A stretch of DNA of 64,000 nt from Psammoneis japonica (Eukaryota): the NCBI GenBank assembly GCA_008632985.1, contig QPGO01000113.1, positions 126,947 through 190,946 of the forward strand, given 5' to 3'. The translations under genes and the position numbers were made by a program. The notes beneath the pieces were generated by a model, which saw only the letters and a program-made list of their open reading frames with translations, was not told the DNA's origin and searched no databases. Below are positions 59,900-64,000 of this stretch, piece after piece (within the stretch, counting starts at the first letter, position 1; each line of letters starts with the position of its first letter).

Positions 59900-61260
59900 G
59901 CCTCGAGGAAAAACTTCACTGCAACAACGAAAGCAACAGCAACAGCAGCAACACCAAACTGCGGCTGCTCAAAGCAACATGACCAACTCATGCAAAGAAT
60001 TGGCCCAGAGAGCCTCCACCTCCCCTTCTGTGTGAGGAGCACAAAGAGAGAAGAAACATCAGATGCGGCGGGCTCGCAGCAAAGCGAAGTGCGCTGCTTT
60101 GGATGACAAAGACCTGGGTGATGCAAAAAGAAAGCTGGACACAGCAAAGACAGAGATTGCTAAAAAGGACAGTTGATTGGTGCAATTTCACCAGCCCAGG
60201 ACAAAGTGGCACAGAGCTCGACACCTTTTGCTGCCGAGCACTCCACGAGAGGGTGCAAAAGAGAAGAAAGACGACAGGGAACCCTCGCGGGAGCGCAAAA
60301 GAGAAGAAAGAGATGATGGCAAAATTCCAAGACAGAAGGCACTGGAGCTGCCAGACTTGCAAAGACCAATGAGTGCAAGTGGAAGATGTGTGTGTTTCTC
60401 TGTGTGCTCGTTTCTGTCGCGCTGCTTTTCCCAGTTCTTCGCACAACTTCCAATGCCCAGCCTGATTCCATCATTTGTTTTTATGGCACTGCAGTGTGGG
60501 GAGCAAGAGCAGCAGACCTTTTAAAAGAGACAACAGCAACCCACACATTGGCAAGCCAAGAATGTGCTCATCGCTCTCACGAATGTGCACCCGGCAATTG
60601 ACGACAAAGCACAACAAGGGGGGGCAGGCAAGCAGCCGCAAAGGCTGACCCAAACTGAAAAGTCTTAAAGATTTCTGCTCATGATGGTGCAAAACTGAGG
60701 GTGTTTATGTCATGCTGACAGTGCAATGATGATTTGCTTCAGCTGTGAAGCAGAAGCAAAGCTGTGCTTGCACACACGTCATTTGGACAAGGGGGGAAGT
60801 GAGTGAGCCAAGTGCGAGGTGTGGCTCAAGGTGGTCAAGCTGAGTGCCAAACTGCTTTGGAATTGTTTCCTTTCCTGCAGCTTTAACAGTGTGTTGCCAA
60901 GAAGCAATTCCCTTGTTGTTCATGGCAGCACACACACTGCCTTGACAGGAGAGTCTGTGGAAGATGGAAGAAGTTCACAAAGAAAAATTTTGCAGAAGAA
61001 GTTTTGACAGCTCATGCAGAGGCCAATTGAAAGCTGACTGAACACACAGAAGGATTGAGACACGGACGTTGGCTTTTCTTTCGTTGTCAAGCATGTTTCA
61101 AGCTTCATCTGCTTTGACTTTGTCATCCCATGGCCACAAGAGGGAGTCAAATGGGAAGGTGCTTGCTCTTCTTGTTGTGTCAAGAGTGTCATTGAGGAGT
61201 TCCCTGACGCTTTTACCCTCAACATCAGCAGAGGTCTACCGGTGCTCCTAATTCCCACTG
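59900..61260. repeat. TpA-depleted island, probable decayed transposon fragment
   Basis: About 1.3 kb with very few TA, TG/CA-rich, broken ORFs, between intact genes. Confidence 0.6.
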
Positions 61261-61414
61261 TAAGGGAAAAGCAGAGAAGAAGAAAAAATTGATCATGTGT
61301 TCATTCAATCTATTCTATATTCTGGAACAGGCCTTTTAATGTTGGGCTGATCAACGCCGGGAGTACTGTACTCTTTTGGTTGATCAACTTCCTCTACAAT
61401 ACATGGTCTCCTTT

Positions 61415-62437
61415 CTAAGTTGTTGGAGAGCATGTCTGAACCCACGCTTGAGTGAATGATTCCCAGGTTTGATTCTTGGTACGGAGCTCGAGATTCGTCG
61501 AGCCTGGCGCGTTGTGTAGCTCTGAGAAGAAGTCAGTCAGAGGTCGTAGGATCTTAATCGATTCTGGTACTTGTTTCAGAGCCATCTCTATAGTCTCGTG
61601 TGGAACAACTCTGCCAGTAGTTTTGGACCTTTCCTTAGCTCTTTGGAAAACTGCCGATCTCGGGGCTGTCACATGCAGTATTCCGATCTTTAGACTTTTA
61701 CGCGTCTGACGCAGCTCCCCAAAGTACTGCTTGTACCAGTCTGAATCTCTCAAAGAACCGTCCACCAAAACATTCTTTCCTCTTTGCAGAGCTGCCTTGG
61801 TCATGATTTCTGCTATAAACCCAGCTTCCAATCGAGTCAACTCGCCTGCGCGTTCCCGTTGTTGCTCAGCATACAAGTGAAACTCTGGCAAGTGTCGCCG
61901 AATTTCGTCCGGATCTACAGTCACAAAAGAATGGAGAGGGAATTTACCCTCTGAAGCCAGTTGCTTTACCGTGTACGATTTTCCCGCCCCCATGGCGCCG
62001 GCGGTAAACACAATCCACGGTTCGGTTGCAGTGTCGCAAATATTACCCGCTGAATCGGTTAACCACGTTCTGTTCAGCATTGAATCAATTATTTTGTCTT
62101 GCAATAACTGCCTTGACTTGATAAAGTTTCCATGATAGGAGTAATCGAGTTGGGACCTGATTTTTGCGTGCCGACCGACAAAGTGTCTGTCTGTCGCTCT
62201 GTAATTCTCGGCTGTGGAAAGTGCAAGTGAAAATGGGAAATGGCCTTCATCGGAAAAGGACTGTCCATAATAAGGTATACCCGCAATTGGCGACGAGTCG
62301 TCCACCATGCGAGAAGACGCCCATGATAATGACCAATGCGTAGACTGTTTGTTGGCCACACCGATTGAGGATACAACGAGGGCCGCATACAGAAATGCGC
62401 ACGAGAATCCGATCAGTGCGAGCTTGTTGGTAAACAT
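61415..62437 (-). CDS. Zeta-toxin-like P-loop kinase with N-terminal hydrophobic helix
   Basis: FTAGAMGAGKS, VDPDEIR, VLVDGSLRD, TGRVVP. Confidence 0.85.
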   Translation of the reverse strand: MFTNKLALIGFSCAFLYAALVVSSIGVANKQSTHWSLSWASSRMVDDSSPIAGIPYYGQSFSDEGHFPFSLALSTAENYRATDRHFVGRHAKIRSQLDYSYHGNFIKSRQLLQDKIIDSMLNRTWLTDSAGNICDTATEPWIVFTAGAMGAGKSYTVKQLASEGKFPLHSFVTVDPDEIRRHLPEFHLYAEQQRERAGELTRLEAGFIAEIMTKAALQRGKNVLVDGSLRDSDWYKQYFGELRQTRKSLKIGILHVTAPRSAVFQRAKERSKTTGRVVPHETIEMALKQVPESIKILRPLTDFFSELHNAPGSTNLELRTKNQTWESFTQAWVQTCSPTT

Positions 62438-63178
62438 GCTGAAAGAATCTGAACCAATCGGTGCTGAACGCTCTCCAGTGTGTTTTCTCGTCAATTATTA
62501 AACTCTAATAAGCGGTTTGTCGAATACTATGATGCGAAAACAAGAATGTTCGGACCAAGTCATGGTCGATTCTTGTTCTTGTTTCTTTCTCGGAGGGTTG
62601 TGTGTNATGTGCAGGGGTTATGAGTCCCGAAAAACAGGGTTTGGGCCGATTTCTGGTACAAAACTCACGTAGAAAATTCGCGTAGAATATCTTGTTCGTC
62701 GTGCTTTTCCCGTGCTTTGCGAAAAATAGGCCACGACCTCAAGGAATCGATTTCAGTCATAACGGTTGACACTTTGCGTACTTACTTTTTGATGACAAAC
62801 ACAACGATGTCCACCGTTCGGCAAAATTCCATCATTGGAAAATGTTTACCGTGGTGGTACCGTGGTGAAGTGTTGATCGAATTTCTGAAAATGGAATTTT
62901 GAAGTGTTCACACACAGAATCGTGTTACTTATGTAAAAGTCATCATGTAAAGTGTCAATGGTTTCAGGGGAAAACGATTCCTTGAGGCGTCGGTGGAGCA
63001 GAGAAGCACGGTAGAAGCAGGAGAAAAAAATCGGCCCAAACCCTAATTTTTATAATTTTTTCTACGTAGAATATCTACGTGATTTTTGTACCAGTGCACA
63101 TGGCTTATCTGAATCAATCTTGAATCTTGACTCTCTTGAAGTGGGCAGCAGATTTAAAAGTTAGAAAGTTTATCATAA

Positions 63179-64000
63179 CTATGATACTGCTTTTCCTCCG
63201 ATTGCAATCTTCTCTTGCAACTGTTTGCTAGACTTCAAGAACTTCCGTCGAGACGGGATGAACTTGCATGTTTGATGCCAAGTCGACTCAAACGAATCCC
63301 AGTCCTGTCGTTCGGTTAAAATTTCAATGTCTGGAGCCCCGGGCGCATTATTTAACTCGATAAAGTAGTCAACTAATGGACCCAGTACCTTTACAGACTT
63401 TGGGACCTGCTCGAGGGCTTTTTCTAGTGTTTCGCGAGGAACAATGCGTCCTGTTTCCTTTGCTCTGGCCTGTTTAACAAGGGATGATTTGGAGGAGGAA
63501 CTCGTAACAAAACAAGAATCAATTTTATGCAAGACTGAACTTACCGCAGCGCGCTCGTAGACAGCGTCCTTGGGTGCTGTTACATGAATAATTGCTTGGC
63601 GGAGAACAGGAAACTGGTGGCGCAACTCTTGGAAATAGCTTTTGTACCATGCTGAATCACGTAGCGACCCGTCCACCATCACGTTTTTGCCAGCCTTCAA
63701 AGCCGCCAGTGTTAAAATCTCCGCGACAAATCCCGCTTCCTTTCTTGTCAGTTCGCCAGCTAATTCTGGGGAGTGGTCCACATATATGTGAAACTCGGGA
63801 AAGTGCCGTCGAATCTCGTCAGGATCCACAGATACAAATGCCAACAATGGGAACCGACCTTTTTCTACGAGCTTGTTAATGGTGTAGCTCTTTCCAGCCC
63901 CCATTGCTACAACACGCGACAACAGCGTCATTCAGAAGAACAAAACGTGAGCAGAATCCAAGAAACTGACGGTTTTCGAGATTGTTTAGAATTCCATACC
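63179..64000 (-). CDS. Second zeta-toxin-like P-loop kinase paralogue (5' part outside window); introns 63470-63544 and from 63907
   Basis: AMGAGKS, VDPDEIR, VMVDGSLRD, TGRIVP; GT-AG intron signals. Confidence 0.85.

Overview
Eukaryotic nuclear DNA, very probably a diatom: short GT-AG introns, a PH-domain DGAT1, ASAF-type bipartite plastid presequences and a CoDi-like Copia element. Gene-dense flanks (about 1-18 kb and 56.5-64 kb) carry DGAT1, dynactin p62, glutaredoxin, CstF-64, a GLEBS-repeat/F-box-like protein, COG3, a phosphate-carrier-like gene, cactin and two zeta-toxin-like P-loop kinases. They enclose two transposon clusters (about 18.9-30.8 kb and 33.4-56.4 kb) separated by two host genes. 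The clusters hold two copies of one Ty3/Gypsy element, a related non-autonomous LTR element, a Copia element, a Dada-like DNA transposase with an inserted DEDDy exonuclease, and older decayed repeat DNA. The main signal is a repeat-restricted, post-insertion TpA->TpG/CpA (A:T->G:C) hypermutation acting on both strands. It is visible directly in LTR pairs and in the two Gypsy copies. It occurs in kb-scale tracts, turns conserved Tyr into Cys/His without creating stop codons, and spares neighbouring genes. It behaves like a RIP-like genome-defence process with the opposite chemistry to fungal RIP. The enzyme responsible cannot be identified from this window, and I cannot verify novelty without a literature search.
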